DNA of 64,000 bases. Source: Vulcanimicrobiota bacterium (GTDB lineage Bacteria > Vulcanimicrobiota > Vulcanimicrobiia > Vulcanimicrobiales > Vulcanimicrobiaceae). Both the position numbers and the translations under genes were made by a program. Positions 54,493-64,000 of this stretch are shown piece by piece. The notes beneath the pieces were generated by a model. It was not told the DNA's origin and ran no database searches. It saw only the letters and a program-made list of their open reading frames with translations. Each line of letters starts with the position of its first letter. The first letter of the stretch is position 1. The stretch spans positions 96,001-160,000 of the forward strand of contig CAVZQC010000002.1 in assembly GCA_963777315.1 (NCBI GenBank), written 5' to 3'.

Positions 54493-57142
54493 TTGGGCCA
54501 GCGCAAGCAGCATCGTGCGGGAAGCGAGGTCGAATTCGACGTAGCCACACTGCCGGAGGTGCCCATTCTCTCCACCCGCTTGATGCGTTCGCGCGTCAAC
54601 GAGCGCCTCGAGCGCGCTACCAGATTTCCCGTAACGCTGATAGCTGCGCCCGCGGGCTTCGGCAAAAGCGTCGCGCTGCGCGATTTCGCCGATACTTCGC
54701 GCCTGGACGCCGTTCGTTACGACGTTCACCGCGAGGACGGTACGCTGCTTGCCTTCGTTCGCCGTCTGAGCGAAACGCTCAAGCCGGTCGCGCCCAGCGC
54801 GATTGCGGCGTTCCCCGCGATACACGAACGCGTGCTTGCCGCCGACGAGCCCGTGCTTCGGCTGTCGGATTGGTTCTTCGAGCATCTCAGGCGCGTCGTC
54901 TGCACCATCGTCATCGACGATTTGCATTACGCTGCCGTCGACCGAGCGTCGATCGCGCTTTTGGCCGATTTGATCGAACGTACGACCGATCGCATTCGCT
55001 GGATCATCGCCGCACGCAGCGACGTGGGCCTTCCGGTTGCCAGCTGGATCGCGTACGGCCGCATGGATATGCCCATCGGCGAAGACGATCTGCGTTTCAC
55101 GATCGACGAAGCACTGGCAAGCGCGGATGCAGCGGCTGCCGATCTGGACCCGCACGAGATCGAAGCGCTCTGCGACTTGACCGAAGGCTGGCCGGTAGCT
55201 CTAGCAATCGCGCTGCGCACGCGCACGTACGCGGCCGATCTGCTTAGCGCGTCCTCCGGCACGCGCGAGATGGTCTACAGATATCTCGCCGAGCAGGTTT
55301 TTGCGGGATTGACGCCCGACCAGCGCGCCTTCGTGCTGGCGACGTGCGTATTTTCGACGTTCAACGCAACGATCGCGCAAACGCTGGGAGCGAGCCCGGA
55401 CGTTCTGTCCGACATACGCTCGAAAGTCGCTTTCTTAAACGAGATCGGTCCCGCCGAATACCGGTATCACGATCTCTTCCGGGATTTCTTGGAAGCGGAG
55501 TTGCGCCGCCGCGGCGAGGGCGACTGGACGCGCGCGGCGCGCCGGGGAGCCGAGCTGTTGGAACAGCGGGGCGACGACGCCGGCGCGCTCGTTTTGTACG
55601 CCAAAGCCGGTGAATCGCAGGCATTGCTGCGCATCGTGGATCGCAAGGGCTTTTCGATGTTCGAGCACGGTCAAAGCGAAGCGCTCAGCGCGGCTCTCGA
55701 CGCGATACCGGACGAGCTCAAACAGGCCGATGCGGCTGCGCTGGGATTGCGCGCGACGATCGAGGCCAGCCGCGGACGCTTTGAATTGGCGCAACGCGGC
55801 TTCATCACGGCGATAGACAAAGCCGGCGATCCGGACCTTCGAACCGCACTCGTGCACCGGTATGCCATCGAGCTCGTGCGGCACGATCGCGACTGCGTGG
55901 GTTTTTTGGAGCCGTACGCGAAGGATGGGACGCTCTCGGACGAGCAGCGCGTGCCGCTGCTGGGCACACTCGCAACCGCGTATCTGGCGGCGAACCGGTA
56001 CGCAGACGCGCTGGCGACGATCCAGCGAGCGCTGGATGCGATCGATCCGTCGATGAACGCCGAGATGCTCGCGCGTCTGTATCAGCAAGCCGCCTACATC
56101 CACGATTTCGGGCCCGAGCGCGAACGCGCCAGAACGTACGCTGCGCTGGCAATCGAGCTGGCGCTTCCGCGCAACCTGTTCGACGTGGCAGCGCGCGCCT
56201 ACAGCGCGCTGTTCAGCGTGGCGTACAACGAGGACGACGATCCGATCGCGTGTTTGAAGATTCTCGACAAGCTCGACGAATGCGCGCGCAAAGGCGCCGG
56301 AAACCAGGCGCGCGTGTTCGCGCTCATGGCCGCATACGAGCTGGAAGTCGAACGCGGCGACGATGCCGCGCTCGAGCGTTTGGACAGCGCGCTGCACGAA
56401 AACCAGGCGGCACTTCCGCGCGCGCGTTCGGAAACGTTCCTGCCGGCCGACGCACTGCGGGCGGCGTGGGTCGGCGATTTCAAGCGCGCGCTGCAGCTGC
56501 TCGCCGGCACGGCCGAACAGTTCTCCAGCGACGAACGGCGCGCGCTGCGCGCTGCAGAAATTGCGCTGTACGCCTTCGCGTGCGCAGACGGCGATCGGGG
56601 CGCGGCTGCTTTGGAGCAGGCAGAGGCCGCGCTCGAACGCTGCACGCGCGAAACGCGCCGAACGATTCGCTCGCGCATCTTCATCGCGCTGGCCGAGATG
56701 CTGCGCGGGCATTCCAGCGCGGCCAACCGCCACTTGACCCAAGCCGAACGCGCGCTCACCCCGCAAATGCGCCGAGTCCGCGCCTTGGCGCACGCCGCCA
56801 GAGCGTTGTATCGCGTCCAGCTCAATCAAGCGGATCGGGCCGCGCGTTCGGGAGTTCTGGAACGCTTGCGGGCCGAGCATTTCGGCGGGATAGCGCGCCT
56901 GATCGAGGCGCTGCCGTTCTCGGCGGATTCGGGCCAAGGCTACGGAACGCTCACCGCGGCCGAGCGCGAAATTCTCCAACTGCTCGCAAGGGGCGGCAGC
57001 ACGAAAGACGTGGCGGCCCGAACCGGCCGCAGTCCGCATACGGTCGATACGCACATTCGCTCCATCTGCCGCAAGCTCGCGTGCAGCGGCCGGCGCGAAG
57101 CCGTCGCGTTCAGCTACCAGCCAAGGCTGGGTACAGACCTAG
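54493..57142 (+). CDS. MalT-like STAND ATPase-TPR-LuxR regulator (start uncertain; +1 frameshift at about 57111)
   Basis: APAGFGKS, IDDLH, LRFT..EA, EGWP, YRYHDLFRDFL, LuxR HTH; corrected end AVALATSQGWVQT*. Confidence 0.9.
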
Positions 57143-57177
57143 AGCTTTTTCGCTGTTGCGGCTCTCGGGGAGAAGCG

Positions 57178-58374
57178 ATGTTTGTCTATCGGTGCGCATT
57201 GGTTCTCGCGTGCATCGGACTTGCGGCGTGCAGTGCGCAGCAGCGCGGCGGGGTGATCCCCGCGTCCCCCGCTTCCGGGCCGCGAACGGTCATGGACAGC
57301 CCCAGCGCTCTGCCGGGCGACAGCCCGAGCGCGCTGCCCGGAGATAGTCCGTCGGCTTTGCCGGGCGCCCAGCTCGGGTGCGATCTCACCTTCGAGGCCG
57401 ATCAGGCGAACTGCACGGTCGCGATCAACATCACCGTTCCGCCCGTGAGCGATGCGACCACGCCGGCCAATCTGCTATCGGGCTTGCATCCTATAGATTT
57501 GCGCGCGCGTTACGGGTTGCCGGTATGGCCTGCGCGGGGTGCCGTCGCGATCGTCGACGCTTACGACGATCCGCAGGCCGAGCTCGATTTGGCCGTGTAT
57601 CGCGCCGCGTTCGGCCTTGCGCCCTGCACGTCGCTCAACGGCTGTTTCCGCAAGGTCAATCAACGGGGCGCGGCGGGACCGTACCCGGCAGCCAACCTGG
57701 GCTGGGACGAAGAGATCTCGCTGGATTTGGACATGGTTTCGGCTGCATGTCCGGATTGTTCGATAGTTCTGGTGGAAGCCGATTCGGCGTCGTTCGATGA
57801 TTTGGGCAGCGCGGTCGATGCAGCGGCGCTCATGCGCCCGGCAGCAATTTCCAACAGCTACTACGGCCCCGAGTGGTCGGGCGAACGCGCGCTGGACAAG
57901 CATTACCGGCATAGCGGCATAGCAATAACCGTCAGCGCCGGCGATCAGGTCAGCCCGTTCTATCCCGCCGTATCGCCGTACGTAACCTCCGTCGGCGGCA
58001 CCACGCTTTCGCAGAGCGGCGGGTCATGGAACGAAACCGCGTGGCAATACGGCGCGCGAGGCTGCAGCCGCTTCGAACCCAAGCCGAATTGGCAGGGCGT
58101 CACGGGATGCCGCACCCGCGCCATGACCGACGTCGCCGCAGTCGCGGATCCGCAAACCGGTGTCGCGATGTACGATTCAACCGCCGGCGGCTGGGTCGTG
58201 ACGGGCGGCACGAGCGTCGGTGCGCCGCTGCTCGCAGCCGCATACGCGTTATCGTGGAACCCCAGAGATCCCGCGTATTCATACCGGCATCCCTCGGCAT
58301 TTCACGATATCGCTCCGGCAGGCTACGATCCGGCGACCGGCCTGGGATCGCCCAACGGTCTGGGCGGCCTATAG
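57178..58374 (+). CDS. S53 (sedolisin-like) peptidase lipoprotein
   Basis: LAAC lipobox; EISLD, SAGD, GGTS catalytic motifs; YDPATGLGSP; GGGAG RBS. Confidence 0.88.
   Translation: MFVYRCALVLACIGLAACSAQQRGGVIPASPASGPRTVMDSPSALPGDSPSALPGDSPSALPGAQLGCDLTFEADQANCTVAINITVPPVSDATTPANLLSGLHPIDLRARYGLPVWPARGAVAIVDAYDDPQAELDLAVYRAAFGLAPCTSLNGCFRKVNQRGAAGPYPAANLGWDEEISLDLDMVSAACPDCSIVLVEADSASFDDLGSAVDAAALMRPAAISNSYYGPEWSGERALDKHYRHSGIAITVSAGDQVSPFYPAVSPYVTSVGGTTLSQSGGSWNETAWQYGARGCSRFEPKPNWQGVTGCRTRAMTDVAAVADPQTGVAMYDSTAGGWVVTGGTSVGAPLLAAAYALSWNPRDPAYSYRHPSAFHDIAPAGYDPATGLGSPNGLGGL
57295..57366 (+). repeat. 3 x 24-nt tandem repeat encoding DSPSALPG
   Basis: GACAGCCCCAGCGCTCTGCCGGGC / GACAGCCCGAGCGCGCTGCCCGGA / GATAGTCCGTCGGCTTTGCCGGGC. 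Confidence 0.95.
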
Positions 58375-58676
58375 CGGCGCTTTCCATCGGCGACAGCGCG
58401 TTCCAGCGTGTCGTAAATGCAGAAACGATCGGCCACGCCCGTTTCGACGAGCAGACCGCGCACGAACGCCGATCCGACCGCGAGCCGCGCCGCGGGCAAT
58501 TTGCGCCGCAGACGCTGGGCGTGAACCTTCACCAGCGCGGTGATCAGCGTCGTCGTCACGTACTTGGCGGCGGATAAATCGAGAACGATCGCCGGATGAT
58601 AAAATGCGGGCTGCAGGCGCTCGTGAAGCTCCTCACGCCTGGAAACGTCCCACTCCCCTGCCAGCGAAACGATCAT
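58323..58676 (-). CDS. STAS-domain (anti-sigma antagonist-like) protein
   Basis: LAGEWD, IVLDLS..KYVTTT, V..LL..TG....F.IY. Confidence 0.82.
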   Translation of the reverse strand: MIVSLAGEWDVSRREELHERLQPAFYHPAIVLDLSAAKYVTTTLITALVKVHAQRLRRKLPAARLAVGSAFVRGLLVETGVADRFCIYDTLERAVADGKRRYRPPRPLGDPRPVAGS

Positions 58677-58791
58677 GCCGGTATCGTACGTCCGCCCGCC
58701 GGCGCGCGCCCTACTCAAATTCCGGTATGTGAAATGCGCCGGCCCGCGGGTATGCTGTGGATACAGAGAAGCATCCCCGCTTTACTGGATC

Positions 58792-58831
58792 GGAAGAGGC
58801 GCCTGATACACCGCCTCTTCCTTCATTTTTT
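58792..58831 (+). terminator. Hairpin plus T-tract just past the glmU stop
   Basis: GGAAGAGGCG-N10-CGCCTCTTCC followed by TTCATTTTTT. Confidence 0.6.
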
Positions 58832-60169
58832 CGGCAGCGGGCGCGCAGGGTTTCCGGCGACGCGCCCGCCGGGGGGCACGTCTTTGGTGACGACCGCCGA
58901 AGCGCCCGTCAGCGCCCCGTCGCCCACGCTGACCGGAGCGACCAGCGAGGTGTTCGAGCCGATCGAAACGCCGCGGCCGATCGCCGTTTTGTTTTTGTTC
59001 TTGCCGTCGAAGTTGCACGTAATCGTGCCCGCGCCGATGTTCGTGTCCTCGCCGATTTCCGCATCGCCCAAATAGGAGAGATGGCTCGCTTTGACGCCGC
59101 GCGCCAGGCGTGAGTTTTTCACCTCGACGAAGTTGCCGATACGAACGCCCTGCGCGAGCACGGTTTGATCGCGCAGATGCGCGAACGGGCCGACGGTGAT
59201 GTCGTCGGCCAGCGTGCTGTCGATGATGACGCTTTCGCGAATCGTCGCGCCGCTGCCGATCTTTGCGCCGGAAAGACGCGCGTTCGGCCCGATGACGCAG
59301 CGCTCGCCGATCTCGGACAAGCGTCCGATTGTGCTGTTGGGATAGATCACGGTATCGCGCCCGATCTGCAGTTCAGGTTCCAGATACGTGGCCTGCGGAT
59401 CGACGATCGTCACGCCGTCGCGCATGTGCTGCGCGCACAGCCGCTGGTTCATCTCTTTGCGCGCCTGCGCGAGCTCGACGCGGTCGTTGATGCCCAGCAG
59501 GTGCAGATGGTCGGTGGCCATCACCGGCACGACGCTCGCGCCCGACCCTGCCAAATCGGCGATCGTATCGGTGAGATAGTACTCGCGTTGCGCGTTGTCG
59601 CTGCGCAGGCGGCTTACGGCATCCCGCAGAGCGCTTTCGTCGTAGGCGTAAATGCCCGCATTCATCTCATCGACTGCGAGTTCGTCCGGCGTCGCGTCGC
59701 GCGCTTCCACGATACGCTCGACGTGCTGCCCGCGGCGAATGACGCGTCCGAAGCTGCAGGGCAGCGGCATCCTCACCGTGACCATCGCGAGCGCGGGCGC
59801 CCGGCCATTCGCGGACGCCAGCGAACCGATGACGCCGCGAAAAATCTCCTCGTGCACCAGCGGCATGTCGGCGTACGCCACGACGACGCGGCCCTGCGAA
59901 TCGGGTTCCAGTTCGGCCAGCGCGGTTTGCACGGCGTGGCCGGTTCCGAGCTGTTCGCGCTGAACGACGCTGCGGACTTGGAACCGCGCAACGTGCTCCT
60001 GCAGCTGGTCGTTCGTCACGACGAGGATATCCTCCACGCCCGCTTTTCGCAGCGCCTGCAGCGAGTACCACAGCATGGGCCGCCCGCACAGCTCGTGCAG
60101 CACCTTAGGAATCGCGCTTTTCATGCGCGTCCCTTTGCCGGCCGCCAGCAATATCGCGCGCACCCTCAT
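58823..60169 (-). CDS. glmU: Bifunctional UDP-GlcNAc pyrophosphorylase/acetyltransferase
   Basis: LAAGKGTRMKS..PK, QLGTGHA, EYYLTD, GNFVEVK, hexapeptide repeats. Confidence 0.97.
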   Translation of the reverse strand: MRVRAILLAAGKGTRMKSAIPKVLHELCGRPMLWYSLQALRKAGVEDILVVTNDQLQEHVARFQVRSVVQREQLGTGHAVQTALAELEPDSQGRVVVAYADMPLVHEEIFRGVIGSLASANGRAPALAMVTVRMPLPCSFGRVIRRGQHVERIVEARDATPDELAVDEMNAGIYAYDESALRDAVSRLRSDNAQREYYLTDTIADLAGSGASVVPVMATDHLHLLGINDRVELAQARKEMNQRLCAQHMRDGVTIVDPQATYLEPELQIGRDTVIYPNSTIGRLSEIGERCVIGPNARLSGAKIGSGATIRESVIIDSTLADDITVGPFAHLRDQTVLAQGVRIGNFVEVKNSRLARGVKASHLSYLGDAEIGEDTNIGAGTITCNFDGKNKNKTAIGRGVSIGSNTSLVAPVSVGDGALTGASAVVTKDVPPGGRVAGNPARPLPKK

Positions 60170-61608
60170 GGCGCAGCCGCCGCCGTCAGGACGTCAAGCG
60201 CGCAGCGCAGGCGCTCGCGCACGATGTCGCGGCCCAGCAACTCGATCGCGTCGTACAACGGGACCGATGTCGAACTGCCGGTAACCGCCACGTAAAACGG
60301 CCGCGCGACTTCACGGAATTTACGTCCCAGCGTTTGCGCCACGCCGGTGAGCACCGCTTCGATCTCCGCAACGTTCCAGCTCGGCAGCGCATCGAACCCG
60401 CCGATCGCCAGCGAAAACGCTTTACGCAGCGATTCGTCGTCGAGCTTGCCCGATCGCAGCCGATCGGCGCTGACGTTGATGCGCCCCTGAAAGAAAAATG
60501 CGACCAGCGAACCCAAATCGCTCAGCCGTTCCACGCGCGAATGCGCGAGCTCGGCGATGCGCCGCAGGCGCGGCTCTTGAAAACCCCATTGCTGCACGGC
60601 ATGTAAAAACTCGTCCTCGTCGTAGCGTTCGCGCAGGTACCGCCCGTTGAGCCAATTCAGCTTGGCGGTGTCGAACACGGGGCCTCCCGTCGAAATGTGC
60701 TCGATGCCGAAACGCTCGGTAAGCGCGCGCAGATCCATCATTTCCTGCCCATCGGCGGACGAAACCGCGAGCAAGCCCAAGAAATTGAGCAGCGCCTCGG
60801 GCACGTACCCCATGGCTTTGTAGAATAAGATGCCGGTGGGATTCTTGCGTTTGCTCAATTTGCTTTTGTCCGGATTTCGCAGCAAGGGCAGATGCATGAG
60901 CGCCGGCGGATCCCATCCGAAATACCGGTACAGCAGCAGATGCTTGGGCGCGGACGAAAGCCACTCTTCGCCGCGAATGACGTGCGTGATCCGCATCAGG
61001 TGATCGTCGACGACGTTGGCCAGATGGTAGGTCGGCATGCCGTCCGATTTCATGAGCACCTGCATGTCGACGGTATCCCACGCAATCGGAATGTCGCCGC
61101 GCCGCATGTCTTGCACGATGCACGTGCCTTCGGACGGCACGCGCAGGCGCACGACGTACGCAATGCCCTGATCCTGCTTGGCTTGCGCTTCCTGCGGCGA
61201 AAGGTTCGCGCACAGCCCGTCGTATCTGGGCGGCCGTTTGGCGGCAACTTGTTCGGCGCGCATGGCGTGCAGCCGCTCGGGGGTGCAAAAGCATTTGAAT
61301 GCGTGGTTGCCGTCGAGCAACTGCGCAACGTAATGGGCGTAGATCGAGGAACGTTCGCTCTGGCGGTAAGGACCGTACTGTCCGCCCACGTCCGGGCCCT
61401 CGTCCCACGACAAGCCCAGCCAGTGCAGCGAATCGAGAATCGCGAGCTCGGACTCCTTGGTGCTGCGCGCGCGATCGGTATCTTCGATCCGGAGCACGAA
61501 CGCGCCGCCGTGCTTTTTCGCAAAGATGTAATTGACGAGAGCGACGTACGCCGTTCCGACGTGCGGATCGCCGGTGGGCGAGGGCGCTAATCTGGTTCTG
61601 ACGGTCAA
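60166..61608 (-). CDS. gltX: Glutamate--tRNA ligase
   Basis: APSPTGDPHVG (HIGH-like), RIEDTD, KLSKR. Confidence 0.96.
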   Translation of the reverse strand: MTVRTRLAPSPTGDPHVGTAYVALVNYIFAKKHGGAFVLRIEDTDRARSTKESELAILDSLHWLGLSWDEGPDVGGQYGPYRQSERSSIYAHYVAQLLDGNHAFKCFCTPERLHAMRAEQVAAKRPPRYDGLCANLSPQEAQAKQDQGIAYVVRLRVPSEGTCIVQDMRRGDIPIAWDTVDMQVLMKSDGMPTYHLANVVDDHLMRITHVIRGEEWLSSAPKHLLLYRYFGWDPPALMHLPLLRNPDKSKLSKRKNPTGILFYKAMGYVPEALLNFLGLLAVSSADGQEMMDLRALTERFGIEHISTGGPVFDTAKLNWLNGRYLRERYDEDEFLHAVQQWGFQEPRLRRIAELAHSRVERLSDLGSLVAFFFQGRINVSADRLRSGKLDDESLRKAFSLAIGGFDALPSWNVAEIEAVLTGVAQTLGRKFREVARPFYVAVTGSSTSVPLYDAIELLGRDIVRERLRCALDVLTAAAAP

Positions 61609-61635
61609 ACTCGTGCGCGCCGGGTGCTTTTGCGC

Positions 61636-62049
61636 CTACGTGACCAATTCACGGCGTTTGCCGCATTCGCGTTCCACGAATGAAACGATCTGCGAAAGCG
61701 GCGCGCCCGGCGTGAAGATCTCTTTGACGCCGCGTTCGCGCAGCGCCTGGGCGTCTTCGGGCGGAATGGTGCCGCCGCCGAAAAACACGATGTCCTGCGC
61801 GCCTTGCGCGCGCAGCTGGTCGACGACCAGCGGGAACAGCGTCATGTGGGCGCCCGAAAGGATCGATAGACCGATGCCGTCGGCGTCTTCCTGAACGGCC
61901 GTTTGCACGATCTGCTCGGGCGTTTGGAACAGGCCGGTATAAATGACTTCCATGCCGGCATCGCGCAGCGCGCGGGCGATGACCTTGGCTCCGCGGTCGT
62001 GCCCGTCCAGCCCCGCTTTGGCGATGACGACGCGCAGCGGTCTAGCCAT
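61636..62049 (-). CDS. Cobalamin-binding small subunit of acyl-CoA mutase (IcmB-like)
   Basis: [17 protein letters not shown]. Confidence 0.92.
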   Translation of the reverse strand: MARPLRVVIAKAGLDGHDRGAKVIARALRDAGMEVIYTGLFQTPEQIVQTAVQEDADGIGLSILSGAHMTLFPLVVDQLRAQGAQDIVFFGGGTIPPEDAQALRERGVKEIFTPGAPLSQIVSFVERECGKRRELVT

Positions 62050-62212
62050 CGAGTTCGCTGCGCGAAGCCGGGGCGAACGGCGACGGACATTCGTCGCGAT
62101 CGCTGCGGTGTTCCAACTCCTCGGCCAGCCGTTGCGCTTCTTGGAGCTTTTCCTTGACCACCCGCAACGTCGCCGACGCCGCCTGCCGCTGCTGCTCGCT
62201 GTGAATGCGCAT
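62042..62212 (-). CDS. Small 56-aa helical protein (below the ORF-track cutoff)
   Basis: [56 protein letters not shown]; fills the gap exactly. Confidence 0.6.
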   Translation of the reverse strand: MRIHSEQQRQAASATLRVVKEKLQEAQRLAEELEHRSDRDECPSPFAPASRSELDG

Positions 62213-62214
62213 CG

Positions 62215-63928
62215 TTAAAACGCCGGTCGCTCGGTGTAGCGGCCGTATACCTCGACCATGGCCGACGCGATCTCGCCTTCGGTGGCGTAAGCGTTCACGC
62301 AGTCGATCAGATGCGGCATCAAATTGTCCTGCGGATCCCTGCAGGCCGCCTTGAGCCGGTCCAGCGCATTCTGCAGCGCCGTCCCGTCGCGCCGCGCCCG
62401 CACGGCCTGCACCGAATCGGCTTGATCGCGCTCGACGTGCTCGGCAATCCGCAGCAGATCGATGCCCGTGCGGTCTTCGGGTTTTTCGAACGCGTTCACC
62501 CCCACGACGATGCGGTCTTTGGTTTCCAGCGAGCGCTGATAGCGATAGCTCGCATCGGCGATCTCGCGCTGGAAAAAGCCGGCCTCGATCGCTTCGATGA
62601 CGCCGCCGTACTCGTCGATCTGCTTGAAGTACTCCTCCGCGCCTTGCTCCATCCGATCGGTCAGCGCTTCGACGTAGTACGATCCTCCCAGCGGATCGAC
62701 CACGTTGGTGACGTTGGTTTCATACGCGAGCACCTGCTGGGTGCGCAGGGCGATCTCCACGGACTTTTCCGTGGGGAGCGCGAGAACTTCGTCCATCGAG
62801 TTGGTGTGCAGCGACTGCGTGCCGCCGAGCACCGCCGCCATGGCCTCGTACGCAACGCGCACGATGTTGTTTTCCGGCTGCTGCGCGGTCGCGCTGCACC
62901 CCGCGGTTTGCGTGTGGAAACGCAGTCTGCCACGAGCGCGGGTCCTTCGCGCCGTACCGTTCGCGCATGTGGCGGGCCCAAATTCGGCGCGCGGCGCGAT
63001 ACTTGCAGATCTCTTCGAAGAAATCGATGTGGGCGTTAAAGAAAAACGACAGGCGCGGGGCGAACGAATCCACCTCCATACCGGCCTTCACGCCCGCTTC
63101 CACGTACGCGAATCCGTCGGCCAAGGTAAACGCGAGCTCTTGCACCGCGGTCGAGCCGGCTTCGCGAATGTGGTAGCCGCTGATCGAAACAGTGTTCCAT
63201 TTCGGCATTTGATCGCGGCAAAAGCGCATCATGTCGACGATTACGCGCATGTGAGGGCGCGGCGGAAAAATCCACTCTTTTTGCGCGATGTATTCCTTGA
63301 GGATGTCCGCCTGGATCGTCCCGCCGAGTTTGGCGCGCGGAATGCCTTTCTTTTCGGCCGCCGCGACGTACTGCGCCAGCGCGATGCACGCCGGGCCGTT
63401 GATCGTCATCGACGTCGTGATGTCGGCCATGTCGATTCCGTCGAACAACGTTTCCATGTCGGCGAGGGAATCGATGGCCACGCCGCACTTGCCGACTTCG
63501 CCGCGCGCTTGGCGCGAGTCGGAATCGTAGCCCATGAGCGTTGGCATGTCGAAGGCGACCGAGAGCCCGTGCTGGCCGTGCGCGAGCAAAAAGTGATAGC
63601 GCTCGTTGGTCTGCGCGGCATTGCCGAAGCCCGCGAATTGGCGCATCGTCCACAGCCGGTCGCGATACATGTTCGGGTGGATCCCGCGCGTGTACGGATA
63701 CAGCCCGGGCCAGCTCAGATCGTGCGCCAAATCGAGGTCGGCGACGTCTTCGGGACCGTAGATCGCGTTCACGTTCAGGTCCGAAATGGTGCGGTCCACC
63801 GCGCGCGAGCCGGCGCCTTTGCGGCGCGTGCCCTTGGCGGAAGCGGCCTCCCACTGTTCCTTTTCGTGAATGAATTCGTTAGTCGGCTGCGCCCCCAAAC
63901 CGCTGGGACGCTGGATCATCTTGGCCAA
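62215..63928 (-). CDS. icmA: B12-dependent acyl-CoA mutase large subunit, isobutyryl-CoA mutase-like (+1 frameshift at about 62926)
   Basis: [44 protein letters not shown] restored by removing one base. Confidence 0.8.
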
Positions 63929-64000
63929 GACTGCTCCTACTGCTGTGTGCCGCGGGCTCGTTCGCCGTGCCGCAGTATTTTCCCAATAATGCCCCTACCG

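Noticed and set aside
57295..57366. CRISPR-like array
   Set aside because: No spacers; in-frame coding repeat; no cas genes in the window
54493..58374. 1293-aa LuxR-protease fusion in the ORF track
   Set aside because: Removing one base at about 57111 gives a normal LuxR end and a stop at 57142; the protease has its own RBS, ATG and lipobox

Overview
GC-rich bacterial chromosomal window. The gene complement suggests a soil bacterium such as Eremiobacterota/Vulcanimicrobiota; this is inference only. 1-10.9 kb: peptide/D-amino-acid catabolism cluster with four beta-lactamase-family serine hydrolases, a peptide-binding protein, an APC permease, a dipeptide epimerase and an MlrC/M81 peptidase, around a divergent promoter with 20-bp-period direct repeats. 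10.9-22.8 kb: accessory patch off the 3' end of tRNA-Glu, with a BTAD/SARP-AAA regulator, a DUF1326-DUF2182-flavoenzyme operon, orphans and broken genes. 22.8-64 kb: mostly core genes (tRNA-Ile2, eno, ndk, birA, acpS, nnr, ligA, uvrA, uvrB, prs, rplY, pth, glmU, gltX, IcmA/IcmB-type mutase) interleaved with unusual modules. These include a possible bipartite chemoreceptor, two pseudoenzymes, a decayed ECF sigma/anti-sigma pair, and a MalT-like STAND-LuxR regulator followed by a sedolisin lipoprotein with a triplicated, synonymously diverged octapeptide (DSPSALPG), a candidate peptide-signalling system. Six +1 frameshifts and one catalytic-residue substitution all map to AGCT sites, suggesting sequencing errors caused by AGCT DNA modification. 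No CRISPR array, rRNA, integrase or transposase was seen.
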